Origin: an uncultured delta proteobacterium
GTDB lineage: Bacteria; RBG-13-61-14; DRUE01
Direction of reading: 5' to 3'
DNA: 43,576 nt
Assembly: GCA_903930515.1 (NCBI GenBank)
Contig: CAIYYW010000310.1
Span: forward strand, 1 to 43,576
Below the pieces are notes generated by a model. It had not been told where the DNA came from and ran no database searches. It was given only the letters and a program-made list of their open reading frames with translations. Of the stretch, positions 9,473-17,316 are shown one piece after another. Positions within the stretch are counted from its first letter, which is position 1, and the number at the start of each line of letters is the position of its first letter. A program made the position numbers and the translations under genes.

Positions 9473-10726
9473 TTACCTCCTCTCCTTCTCCCTCGGATTT
9501 AGATTGAGCAGATGCCCCAGCTTTTCCTTTTTGGTCGTAAGGTAGCTCAGGTTCCGCTCATTTGGACTGACCTCTATCGGAACCCGCTCCGTGATCTCCA
9601 TCTCGAAGCCCTCCAAGGCCACAATTTTTTTCGGGTTATTGGTCAGCTCCCGCATCCGGCGCACGCCCAAGTCAATCAGGATTTGCGCGCCGATCCCGTA
9701 ATCGCGCAGGTCGGCCGCGAACCCGAGCGCCAAATTGGCCTCCACCGTGTCCATCCCCTGGTCCTGGAGCATATAGGCCTTGAGCTTGTTCAAAAGGCCG
9801 ATGCCCCGTCCTTCCTGGCGAAGGTAAACCAGGACCCCCTTGCCCTCCTTCGCGATCATCGCCATCGCCCGATGCAGTTGGTCTCCGCAATCGCAGCGGA
9901 GCGATCCGAAAATATCCCCGGTCAAACATTCGGAATGGACCCGGGCCAAAATATTATCTTCCGGAAGAATCTCTCCCTTGACCAGGGCCAGATGAATATC
10001 CGGGCTGACATCGCTCTGGTAAGCGACCACTTTCCATTCCCCCCATTCCTGGGTGGGAAGGAAGGTCTCGGCCGCGCGATGGACCAGACGCTCGGTTTTC
10101 ATCCGATACTTGATCAGGTCCGCGATAGTGACGATCCGGAGATCGTGTTCTTCCGCGAACTTGAGCAAATCCGGCATCCGAGCCATGGTGCCGTCATCCT
10201 TCATAATCTCGCAGATCACGCCCGCGGGCTTGAGTCCGGCCAGCCGGCACAAATCCACCGACCCTTCGGTTTGACCGGTGCGGACCAAAACCCCGCCCTC
10301 GCGCGCCCGGATCGGGAAGATATGCCCGGGCCGGACCAGGTCCTCGGCGCGGGCGTTGTCCGCGATCGCGGCCTGGATGGTCCGGCTGCGGTCATAGGCG
10401 CTGATCCCGGTGGTGACTCCCTCGCGGGCCTCGATGGAAACGGTGAAGGCGGTTCCGAACCGGCTCTGGTTCTCGTTCACCATCAGCGGCAATCGAAGCT
10501 GCTCCACCTTATCCCCGGTCATCGTCAGGCAGATCAATCCCCGCCCGAACCGGGCCATAAAGCTGATCGCTTCCGGGCTTACCTTCTCCGCGGCGACCAT
10601 CAGGTCTCCCTCGTTCTCCCGGTTCTCGTCATCCACCAGGATGATCATCTTCCCATGACGTATCAACTCGATCGCCTGCTCAATCGAGGCCAGCCGGGGG
10701 GTTTCTTCCGAATGACCTTTGCTCAT
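9473..10726 (-). CDS. ribBA: bifunctional 3,4-dihydroxy-2-butanone-4-phosphate synthase / GTP cyclohydrolase II
   Basis: 417-aa ORF. The DHBP synthase half carries [12 protein letters not shown]. The GCH-II half carries [21 protein letters not shown] and [10 protein letters not shown]. Confidence 0.96.
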   Translation of the reverse strand: MSKGHSEETPRLASIEQAIELIRHGKMIILVDDENRENEGDLMVAAEKVSPEAISFMARFGRGLICLTMTGDKVEQLRLPLMVNENQSRFGTAFTVSIEAREGVTTGISAYDRSRTIQAAIADNARAEDLVRPGHIFPIRAREGGVLVRTGQTEGSVDLCRLAGLKPAGVICEIMKDDGTMARMPDLLKFAEEHDLRIVTIADLIKYRMKTERLVHRAAETFLPTQEWGEWKVVAYQSDVSPDIHLALVKGEILPEDNILARVHSECLTGDIFGSLRCDCGDQLHRAMAMIAKEGKGVLVYLRQEGRGIGLLNKLKAYMLQDQGMDTVEANLALGFAADLRDYGIGAQILIDLGVRRMRELTNNPKKIVALEGFEMEITERVPIEVSPNERNLSYLTTKKEKLGHLLNLNPREKERR

Positions 10727-10729
10727 CTT

Positions 10730-12175
10730 TTATTTTTTTGGCTCCCTTGCTTTTCTGCTCAAATATGTGGTCCGGATATGAAGCATATTATACCGGACAA
10801 TTTCCCGCCATTTCAGACGGTGGACCCTACCGTAATCCACCGCGAAACTGAACAGAAATATTATATCAAACAACGGGTTTTTCGGCAACTTGACCAGCCA
10901 GGGAATCAATTTTTCCCAAAGCCCTGAATGGAACCCGAGCAGGAATAGTTTATGAAGGTTTTCCAGGCGATCCGTGTCCGGCTGGCGGAATGGGCTGAAA
11001 GCGAAGTAGCTCAAGTCCTTTCCACTCGGATGCCCCGGCTTTTTCAAGCGGCCCTCTTGTTCCATCTGCTCGGTCAGGCGGGCGCCGGGAAAGGGCTGGA
11101 ACAGAGACCCGACCGCGAACTCGTTTTTAAGCTTCCGGTTATAGCTCAAAGTCTTCAGGCCCTTCGCCAGCGTGTCCCCCGGATAGTTGAGCATATTGTA
11201 GCTCTGGAGCTGGATCCCGGCCTGATGCAAAACCTCAACTCCCCGCTCAATCTGAGCGTCACTCATTTTCCGGTTAAGAATTTTTTCCCGGTCAAAAGCG
11301 TCCGCGCTCTCCAGTCCGTAGAACAAAACATAGCAGCCGCCCTCTTTCAACAGGCGCGCTTTTTCCTCCGTGATCTGGTCAATCCGGCCGGTGCAGAAAA
11401 AGGGAATCCCGATTTCCCGGCGGTAGCGCGGCAGGAATTTTTCCAGCCATTCCTGGTCATAGCTGAACAGGTCGTCGTTGAATCCGATGGTGCGGCCTGG
11501 AGCTCGCGAGATCACCCCTTTGATCTCCTCCAGCAAATAATCCGCGGATTTGAATCGCAGATAGCAATCCCGGTTCGGGTAAATCTTCCGCAGACCCAGG
11601 TTCGCGCAATAGCTGCACGCGAACGGACAGCCCCGGCTGGCCATAAAAAATTTGATCGGGTAGTCCCGGAAATATGGGTACCGCGAAAAATATAGCTCCT
11701 TGTCCGGAACCGCCAAACGATCCAGGTTTTCAACCAACGGCCCCACCGGGTTTTCAAAAATCCTTACGCCCTGGCGCGCCCACAAATTTTCTATGCCCGT
11801 GTAATCCTCTTTCCGGCTCAAGGCCTCGGCCAGCCGAACCATCGCCTGTTCCCCTTCCCCGCGCAAAACCAGGTCCACCGATTGGTTGTGGATGATTTCC
11901 GGGAAAAAGGTCGGGTCAACCCCGCCGAAAATGGTCAGGGTCTGGAGCCTCCCCTTGACCGCCTTGGCCCAGGCCAGGGCCGGTTCACGCTCAACCGATA
12001 CGACCGGGAAGCCGACCAGGTCGGGCTGGAACTTTGCTATTTTCGCGAGCGGGCTTTTTTCAAAAAAAGGTATGATCAGCCGGGTCTGATGACCGGCCCG
12101 CTTAAGCTCTCCGGCCAAAGCCTCCAGGCCGTGAAGCTCGTATTCGTTAAGTTGGATGAAAACTATCTTTGACAT
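10730..12175 (-). CDS. radical SAM enzyme with N-terminal B12-binding-type domain, embedded in the rib operon
   Basis: 481-aa ORF. N-terminal Rossmann-like segment (IVFIQLNEYELHGLEALAGELKRAGH ... DLVGF). CxxxCxxC cluster motif ASRGCPFACSYCAN. Only 3 nt separate it from the ribBA start and 13 nt from the ribE stop. Confidence 0.85.
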   Translation of the reverse strand: MSKIVFIQLNEYELHGLEALAGELKRAGHQTRLIIPFFEKSPLAKIAKFQPDLVGFPVVSVEREPALAWAKAVKGRLQTLTIFGGVDPTFFPEIIHNQSVDLVLRGEGEQAMVRLAEALSRKEDYTGIENLWARQGVRIFENPVGPLVENLDRLAVPDKELYFSRYPYFRDYPIKFFMASRGCPFACSYCANLGLRKIYPNRDCYLRFKSADYLLEEIKGVISRAPGRTIGFNDDLFSYDQEWLEKFLPRYRREIGIPFFCTGRIDQITEEKARLLKEGGCYVLFYGLESADAFDREKILNRKMSDAQIERGVEVLHQAGIQLQSYNMLNYPGDTLAKGLKTLSYNRKLKNEFAVGSLFQPFPGARLTEQMEQEGRLKKPGHPSGKDLSYFAFSPFRQPDTDRLENLHKLFLLGFHSGLWEKLIPWLVKLPKNPLFDIIFLFSFAVDYGRVHRLKWREIVRYNMLHIRTTYLSRKAREPKK

Positions 12176-12188
12176 CTATTATAAAAGA

Positions 12189-12818
12189 TCAAAAGCCTTC
12201 TTCTTTCAAACGCTCCAGGCTTAAAGCCCCGCGGCCTTTGCCCAGGAACTTCTCCACATATTTCCCCAGCAGGTCCGCCTCCAGGTTGACCGGGTCCCCG
12301 ACTTTCTTCCCGCCCAGCGCAGTCCGCTTCAAGGTTTCCGGGATCAGCATCACCGAGAACACCCGGCCGGAAACCCGGTTGATGGTCAGGCTGATCCCGT
12401 CAATCGCGATCGCCCCTTTTTCCACCAGGTATCTCTTCAAATCCTCCGGAGCCTCCAGTTCCCATTCCTGGAACTCCCCGGCCCGGCTCAGCTTTTTTAT
12501 TTTGCCCACTCCGTCAATATGCCCGAGCACGAAATGCCCGCCCAGCCGGTCCGACAGTTTCAGCGCGCGCTCCAGGTTCACCCTCTCTCCGACCTTTCTG
12601 GACTGGAAAGTGGTCCGGGATAAACTCTCCTTGCTCAATCCCACCCAGAAAGAATTCCCGGATTTTGACGCCACCGTGAAGCAGGCGCCGTCCACCGCCA
12701 CCGAATCGCCCAAAGCCGTTTGGAAATCTTTTCCCGGCTCGACCAGGATTTTTTTCCCGCTCGAGAGCGGCTGGATCCGGGAGATGGTTCCGACTCGTTC
12801 AATCAATCCCGTGAACAT
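12189..12818 (-). CDS. ribE: riboflavin synthase (alpha chain)
   Basis: 209-aa ORF starting MFTGLIERVGTI, with the duplicated lumazine-binding repeats (GDSVAVDGACFTV / GAIAIDGISLTI). Confidence 0.95.
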   Translation of the reverse strand: MFTGLIERVGTISRIQPLSSGKKILVEPGKDFQTALGDSVAVDGACFTVASKSGNSFWVGLSKESLSRTTFQSRKVGERVNLERALKLSDRLGGHFVLGHIDGVGKIKKLSRAGEFQEWELEAPEDLKRYLVEKGAIAIDGISLTINRVSGRVFSVMLIPETLKRTALGGKKVGDPVNLEADLLGKYVEKFLGKGRGALSLERLKEEGF

Positions 12819-12819
12819 C

Positions 12820-13908
12820 TCACACCTCGTGGAGGAACGCGGTTAAGAGGAAATCGTTTCCGATCCGCCGGAGTTCCGGCTGATACAGAGGCAAAGCCTG
12901 ATCCAGCCGGCGCGGAATTTTGCCCGCGATCATCGCTCTTGATTCTTCGTCCGCCAATATTTTCGGCGCGTAAAAAAACGCGATCTCGTCCACCAGCCCC
13001 TGGTCCAAAAGCGACCCCGCCAGTTCCGCCCCGCCCTCGCATAAGACGCTCGCGATCCGGATCTTTCCCAGCCGGGTCATCAATTCCTTTAAATTCACCC
13101 GCCCATTTTGATCGCTCCTGGTTTCAATAATCCGCACCCCCAGCCGGGCGAGTTCAATTTTTTTTCTCGCCCCGGCCTTGCTCGAGCAGGCGATCAGGGC
13201 CGGAGATTGAAAGGCCCGGGCAACAACCGGAGTCCGCAGAAAGCCGTCCACGATCAACGGCATCGGTTGATGAGCCTTGCCCTGGAGACGGGCCGTGAGC
13301 GATGGGTCGTCCTTGAGCGAGGTGCCCGCTCCCACCATCACCACTTGGACCTTGCTCCGGAGCCGGTGAACATATTTCCGCGCCGGCTCCCCGGTGATCC
13401 ATTTGGAAGTCCCGCTCCGGTCCGCGATCCTTCCGTCCGCGGTCGCGGCCAGCTTCAGGATCAGCCAGGGTTTTCCGGTGGTAATGTATTTCACAAAATG
13501 CCGGTTGAGCACGCGACATTCCGGTTCCAGGATTCCGCTCACCACCTCGATCCCGGATGCCTTCAGTTTCCGGAATCCCCTCCCGGAAACCAGCGGGTTT
13601 GGGTCCCTCATCCCGGCCACTACTTTTTTCACCCCGGAACGGATCACCAATTCCGCGCAAGGCGGGGTTCGGCCCCAGTGGGAACAAGGCTCCAGGTTCA
13701 GCACCAGGGTGGAGCCGCGGGAACGGCTCCCGGCTTTTTGGAGCGCCTTCACTTCCGCGTGCGGCTCTCCCGGTTTTTCAAAGTATCCCTCGGAAACGAT
13801 CCGGCCGGATTTCACCACCAGCGCCCCCACCATCGGGTAATGCTCGGTCCCTCCCTCGGCCTTTCGCGCCAGGTAAAGCGCCCGCTTCATCAATGGCTCA
13901 TAATCCAT
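12820..13908 (-). CDS. ribD: bifunctional diaminohydroxyphosphoribosylaminopyrimidine deaminase / 5-amino-6-(5-phosphoribosylamino)uracil reductase
   Basis: 362-aa ORF. Deaminase zinc motifs HAEVKAL and PCSHWGRTPPC. C-terminal reductase half (WLILKLAATADGRIA). Confidence 0.95.
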   Translation of the reverse strand: MDYEPLMKRALYLARKAEGGTEHYPMVGALVVKSGRIVSEGYFEKPGEPHAEVKALQKAGSRSRGSTLVLNLEPCSHWGRTPPCAELVIRSGVKKVVAGMRDPNPLVSGRGFRKLKASGIEVVSGILEPECRVLNRHFVKYITTGKPWLILKLAATADGRIADRSGTSKWITGEPARKYVHRLRSKVQVVMVGAGTSLKDDPSLTARLQGKAHQPMPLIVDGFLRTPVVARAFQSPALIACSSKAGARKKIELARLGVRIIETRSDQNGRVNLKELMTRLGKIRIASVLCEGGAELAGSLLDQGLVDEIAFFYAPKILADEESRAMIAGKIPRRLDQALPLYQPELRRIGNDFLLTAFLHEV

Positions 13909-13913
13909 TTCCG

Positions 13914-14396
13914 TTATTTCCCGGATTTGGCCTTCTCCTGCTTCTGCCGGTCCAGCAATTCCTTCAACTCGTCCATAAACTGGTTGATGTCCTTGAACGA
14001 CCGATACACGCTGGCAAACCGCACATAGGCCACATGGTCCAGGTGATACAGCTCCCGCATCACTTCCTCGCCCACCACGGTGGACGCGATTTCCTTCTCC
14101 CCGCTCTCCAGCAGCTTATGCTCAATCTTGTCCACCACCTTCTCCAAAGTGGTGATGCTGATCGGCCGCTTCTCGCAGGCCTTTTTCAGCCCGAGCAAAA
14201 TCTTCATCCGGTCAAACGGCTCCCTCCGTCCGTCCTTCTTGATCACCAGCGGCATCACCTCTTCCACTCGCTCGTAGGTGGTAAAGCGCCGGCTGCATTC
14301 CATGCACTCACGGCGCCTTCGGATCACGGCGCCATCCTTGCTTAGCCTGGAATCAATCACGCGGTTGTCCAGGTCTCCGCAAAACGGGCACTTCAT
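13914..14396 (-). CDS. nrdR: transcriptional repressor NrdR (zinc ribbon + ATP-cone)
   Basis: 160-aa ORF. MKCPFCG...VIDSR...[17 protein letters not shown] zinc ribbon followed by an ATP-cone. Confidence 0.95.
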   Translation of the reverse strand: MKCPFCGDLDNRVIDSRLSKDGAVIRRRRECMECSRRFTTYERVEEVMPLVIKKDGRREPFDRMKILLGLKKACEKRPISITTLEKVVDKIEHKLLESGEKEIASTVVGEEVMRELYHLDHVAYVRFASVYRSFKDINQFMDELKELLDRQKQEKAKSGK

Positions 14397-14866
14397 CTTT
14401 TTCCCTCCTCAAACTTGATTATTTGGATCCCGGCCTCCTTGATCAAAGCCCGCGCCAGCCGGTCCGGGTAGCCTTCTCCATAAATAATTTTCTTGATCCC
14501 CGCGTTGATCAGCATCTTCACGCAGATACTGCAGGGAAGGTTGGTGGCATAGAGGCTGGAGCCTTTGATCGGAACCCCGTGATACGCCGCCTGGATGATC
14601 GCGTTCTGCTCCGCATGCAAGCCCCGGCAAAGCTCCGCCCGCTCCCCCGATGGAATCTCCCGCTCCTCCCGCAAACACCCAACCTCGTAACAATGCTTCA
14701 ACCCGCTCGGCGCCCCGTTATATCCGGTGGACAGTATCCGCTTTTCCTTAACCAGGATCGCCCCCACCGACCTCCGCATACAGGTGCTCCGCCGGCTTAC
14801 CAGCTTCGCCAGCTCCAGGAAATATTGATCCCAGCCCGGCCGCACCAGAGTTTTCCTCTTCATCAT
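14393..14866 (-). CDS. deoxycytidylate (dCMP) deaminase, ComEB-type
   Basis: 157-aa ORF. Cytidine/deoxycytidylate deaminase zinc motifs HAEQNAI and [10 protein letters not shown]. Confidence 0.9.
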   Translation of the reverse strand: MMKRKTLVRPGWDQYFLELAKLVSRRSTCMRRSVGAILVKEKRILSTGYNGAPSGLKHCYEVGCLREEREIPSGERAELCRGLHAEQNAIIQAAYHGVPIKGSSLYATNLPCSICVKMLINAGIKKIIYGEGYPDRLARALIKEAGIQIIKFEEGKR

Positions 14867-14871
14867 CTTTA

Positions 14872-14900
14872 ATTTATCATCATTATCCGGTTATTTCCAA
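14872..14900 (-). promoter_or_regulatory. candidate sigma70-type promoter of the dCMP deaminase-nrdR-rib array (possibly leaderless)
   Basis: On the minus strand: TTGGAA, 17-nt spacer, ATAAAT, then only TAAAG before the first ATG (14866). No Shine-Dalgarno is visible. Confidence 0.3.
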
Positions 14901-14933
14901 TTCCAGAGTCTGCCGGGCAAATCTCTTTTTGGG

Positions 14934-14981
14934 GCGCGGGCATCTTGCCTGCGCGCCAATCAGCGGGCGGGAATCCCGCCC
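14934..14981. repeat. two adjacent GC-rich hairpins (REP-like)
   Basis: GCGCGGGC-ATCTT-GCCTGCGC (14934..14954; 8 bp including one G-T pair) and GGGCGGG-AAT-CCCGCCC (14965..14981). The first resembles the hairpins at 43468..43553, including the shared upstream TGGGGCGC context. Confidence 0.5.
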
Positions 14982-15002
14982 CACAATTTTTCTCGCTGGC
15001 TT

Positions 15003-15045
15003 AAGAAAGAAAAAGGGCGCTTGAAAGATCAAGCGCCCTTTTTCC
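15003..15045 (-). terminator. rho-independent terminator (bidirectional architecture)
   Basis: Perfect 10-bp stem GGGCGCTTGA / TCAAGCGCCC with a 4-nt loop, an A-run on one side and a T-run on the other. On the minus strand it follows the 23-codon ORF. Confidence 0.8.
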
Positions 15046-15131
15046 GAACCCAACGGCTCCTAATTAAGCGCTCCGCTCACCTCTGCAAAAAGGCCTGCTC
15101 CAATTTCTTGGACCAGGGTTAGGTGTTTGGC

Positions 15132-15203
15132 TTACTTTCTCTTTTTGGTTTTCTTGACGGCTTTTTTCTTCGCTACTTTTTTGTGCGCTTTTCCACAGAC
15201 CAT
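15132..15203 (-). CDS. 23-aa polybasic micro-protein (MVCGKAHKKVAKKKAVKKTKKRK)
   Basis: ATG at 15203 is preceded by GAAAGGAGAAACACA (GGAG 7 nt upstream). TAA stop at 15132-15134. The strong terminator at 15003..15045 lies downstream. The longer 62-aa track ORF (from 15320) would start inside a terminator hairpin. Confidence 0.45.
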   Translation of the reverse strand: MVCGKAHKKVAKKKAVKKTKKRK

Positions 15204-15286
15204 TGTGTTTCTCCTTTCTTTAAGATTGGTTTTAGACTTGGTACCCCAAAATTCCCGCGATGAGTGGAGCTCTTTTTCGCGCGTGT

Positions 15287-15328
15287 ATAAAAAAACCGGA
15301 GAGGAAGGCATGGCCTTCATTTCTCCGG
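15287..15328 (-). terminator. rho-independent terminator on minus strand with no annotated gene directly upstream
   Basis: Minus strand reads CCGGAGA-AAT-GAAGGC-CAT-GCCTTC-C-TCTCCGG followed by TTTTTTT: 13 bp of stem plus a T7 tract. Confidence 0.65.
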
Positions 15329-15649
15329 CAATCGGTTCGTCCTGTCTCTATCTCGCTCAATCCGGGCTCTCTCTTTCTCCACCACCACCCGGGACTCATC
15401 CTTTTCTTAGTATGCCATATTTTTCAAAGCTTGTAAAGGAAAAAATGCATTCCCCCTCATTTTTTTTCAAACCCCGAAAAACGCCTCTGCCGGGAAATTT
15501 GGGCCCTAAAACGCTCCCGGCAAAATTGGCAACGGCAAAAGCGCCGGAATTGACGACTTAAAACTTAAGGCCCGGTCCTAAATGTAATCTATATTACAAA
15601 TGCCCAAGGCCGGCGCGGCCAGGCTCGGTCGGCGTCGGCCGGGGCGGCC

Positions 15650-15677
15650 TTGACAGTCGCGGGAAAGGTTTTAAAAT
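15650..15677 (+). promoter_or_regulatory. candidate sigma70 promoter of tRNA-Arg
   Basis: TTGACA (15650-15655), 16-nt spacer, TAAAAT (15672-15677). The tRNA 5' end lies 10 nt downstream. Confidence 0.5.
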
Positions 15678-15686
15678 AAGGAGCAA

Positions 15687-15762
15687 GGGCGATTAGCTCA
15701 GTGGATAGAGCACCGGCCTCCGGAGTCGGTTGTCGCGGGTTCAAATCCCACATCGCCCTCCA
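15687..15762 (+). tRNA. tRNA-Arg (anticodon CCG), CCA encoded
   Basis: 76 nt. 7-bp acceptor GGGCGAT/ATCGCCC, D-arm GCTC AGTGGAT AGAGC, anticodon stem CCGGC/GTCGG with loop CTCCGGA (CCG), T-loop TTCAAAT (one C-A mismatch in the T-stem), discriminator T, then CCA. Confidence 0.9.
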
Positions 15763-15834
15763 GAAAAAGATCCCCGCAAGTTCGTGTCCTGCCTTGATGC
15801 AAAGGGTTAGTCCGAGTCGTCCTATTTTCCGCCG

Positions 15835-17316
15835 CTATTCCGGCCGGAGGAGCGGGAAGGGGATGACTTCTCGGATGCTGGGGGAATCGGTCAGGAACAT
15901 TGTAAGGCGGTCAATCCCGATACCTTCTCCGGCGCAGGGGGGCATTCCGATTTCCAGGGCCTGGATGAAGTCTTCGTCAATGGGATGGGCTTCCTCGTCG
16001 CCTTTGGCTTTGGCCCGGGCCTGCTCTTCAAAGCGTTTCCTTTGATCAGCCGGGTCGTTGAGTTCGCTGAAGGCATTGGCGACTTCTTTCCCGGCGATGA
16101 TCAATTCAAACCGGTCGGTGACTTCGGGGTCTTGTTCATTGCGCCGGCTGAGCGGAGAGACTTCCACCGGGAACTGGGTGATGAAGGTGGGGTTGAGGAT
16201 TTCGTGCTCCACGGCTTGTTCAAAAACCGCGGTCAGGGCTTTTCCCCAGCCGTCGCCTTCCAGGAGTTTGAGGCCTTTTTGCTTGAGCCAGTTTTTGGTG
16301 GCCAGTCCTTGCCGGATTTCTTCTTTGCTCAGGCCGAGCTTTTTGGCGACCGCGTCTTCCATTGTGATCCGGGCAAAGGGGGGCGTGAAGTCCAGCTCTT
16401 TTTCCTGAAAGGAGATTTTGAGTTGGCCTCGGATTTGTTGAAGCAGGCTGACCAGCATTTCCTCGCTCAGCTTGATCAGGTCTTCATAATCCGCGTATGC
16501 CAGGTAGAACTCCAGCATGGTGTATTCCGGGTTATGCCAGGTGCTGATGCCCTCGTTTCTAAAGCAGCGTCCGATTTCATAGACGCGCTCAAAGCCTCCC
16601 ACCACCAGCCGTTTGAGATGAAGCTCGGTGGCGATGCGGAGGTATAAATCAATGTCCAGGGCGTTGTGGTGAGTGACAAAGGGCCTGGCCAGGGCGCCCC
16701 CGGGGATGGATTGCAGGATCGGGGTTTCCATTTCAATGAAGCCGCGGTCTTCCAAAAATTTCCGGATCTGGCTGATAATCGCGGCGCGGGTTTGGAAAAT
16801 TTCCCGGACCTTCGGAGTCGCGACCAAATCCACATAGCGCTGCCGGTATCGGGCTTCCACATCCTTGAGCCCATGCCATTTTTCCGGGAGCGGCCGGATG
16901 GATTTGGTGACCAGGATCAGGTCTTTGGAGTAAATGGTGAGCTCGTTGGTCCTGGTGCGGAAGGCCTTTCCGGAAACGCCGATGAAGTCGCCGACATCCA
17001 GTTGCTTGAGCAGCCATTGCTTTTCCTCGCTCAGGTCGGTTCGATTGAGGTAGATTTGGATTTCGCCGGTGCGGTCTCGGAGCCCGAGAAAATTGACCTT
17101 GCCCATAAAGTTTAGCCGGACAATCCTTCCGGCCACCGAGAACTCTTCTTCAATCTTCTCAATTTCTTCCTTGCCCAATGAATCCAGCCTGGCCCTGATT
17201 TCGCCGATCTGGTTCTTCGGCTTGAACCGGTTGAAATAGGGATTGACGCCGCGCTCGCGGATTTTTTCTATCTTCTGGTAGCGCTGGGAGATTATTTCCG
17301 GCTTATCCTCGTTCAC
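15835..17316 (-). CDS. lysS: lysine--tRNA ligase (class II)
   Basis: 493-aa ORF. N-terminal OB-fold region and class II catalytic core (FIEMETPILQ, CFRNEG, GIGIDRL). Confidence 0.96.
   Translation of the reverse strand: MNEDKPEIISQRYQKIEKIRERGVNPYFNRFKPKNQIGEIRARLDSLGKEEIEKIEEEFSVAGRIVRLNFMGKVNFLGLRDRTGEIQIYLNRTDLSEEKQWLLKQLDVGDFIGVSGKAFRTRTNELTIYSKDLILVTKSIRPLPEKWHGLKDVEARYRQRYVDLVATPKVREIFQTRAAIISQIRKFLEDRGFIEMETPILQSIPGGALARPFVTHHNALDIDLYLRIATELHLKRLVVGGFERVYEIGRCFRNEGISTWHNPEYTMLEFYLAYADYEDLIKLSEEMLVSLLQQIRGQLKISFQEKELDFTPPFARITMEDAVAKKLGLSKEEIRQGLATKNWLKQKGLKLLEGDGWGKALTAVFEQAVEHEILNPTFITQFPVEVSPLSRRNEQDPEVTDRFELIIAGKEVANAFSELNDPADQRKRFEEQARAKAKGDEEAHPIDEDFIQALEIGMPPCAGEGIGIDRLTMFLTDSPSIREVIPFPLLRPE

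Noticed and set aside
9512-10927. 471-aa plus-strand ORF. Similar long antisense ORFs occur at 20591..21769, 28658..29491, 31291..32346, 36117..37202, 38098..39243, 40425..41540 and 42269..43387.
   Set aside because: Each lies exactly opposite a gene with unmistakable enzyme motifs (ribBA, the HD protein, gltX, glnS, proS, and so on). Their translations are Pro/Arg/Gly-rich and low-complexity with no motifs. These are typical shadow ORFs of GC-rich coding DNA.
13909-14866. FMN riboswitch (RFN element) upstream of ribD.
   Set aside because: ribD starts 5 nt after nrdR, and the region upstream is fully coding. No non-coding leader exists in which the element could reside.
15350-15400. The MSPGWWW... 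mini-ORF as a trp-type attenuation leader.
   Set aside because: Three consecutive Trp codons followed by a terminator are suggestive. However, the ORF reads through the terminator for 55 codons, no alternative antiterminator pairing was evident, and the downstream gene is not tryptophan-related. Kept only as a remark inside a broader finding.
15127-15561. 144-aa plus-strand ORF, and the 62-aa minus-strand ORF 15132..15320.
   Set aside because: The plus-strand ORF is Phe/Leu/Pro low-complexity, antisense to the SD-led micro-ORF, and runs across two terminator hairpins. The 62-aa version would initiate inside the 15296..15328 hairpin without an SD. Only its last 23 codons have translation signals.
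15763-15834. Terminator between the tRNA-Arg gene and the convergent lysS gene.
   Set aside because: Only a 4-bp CCTT...AAGG stem was seen, with no convincing hairpin/T-tract combination.
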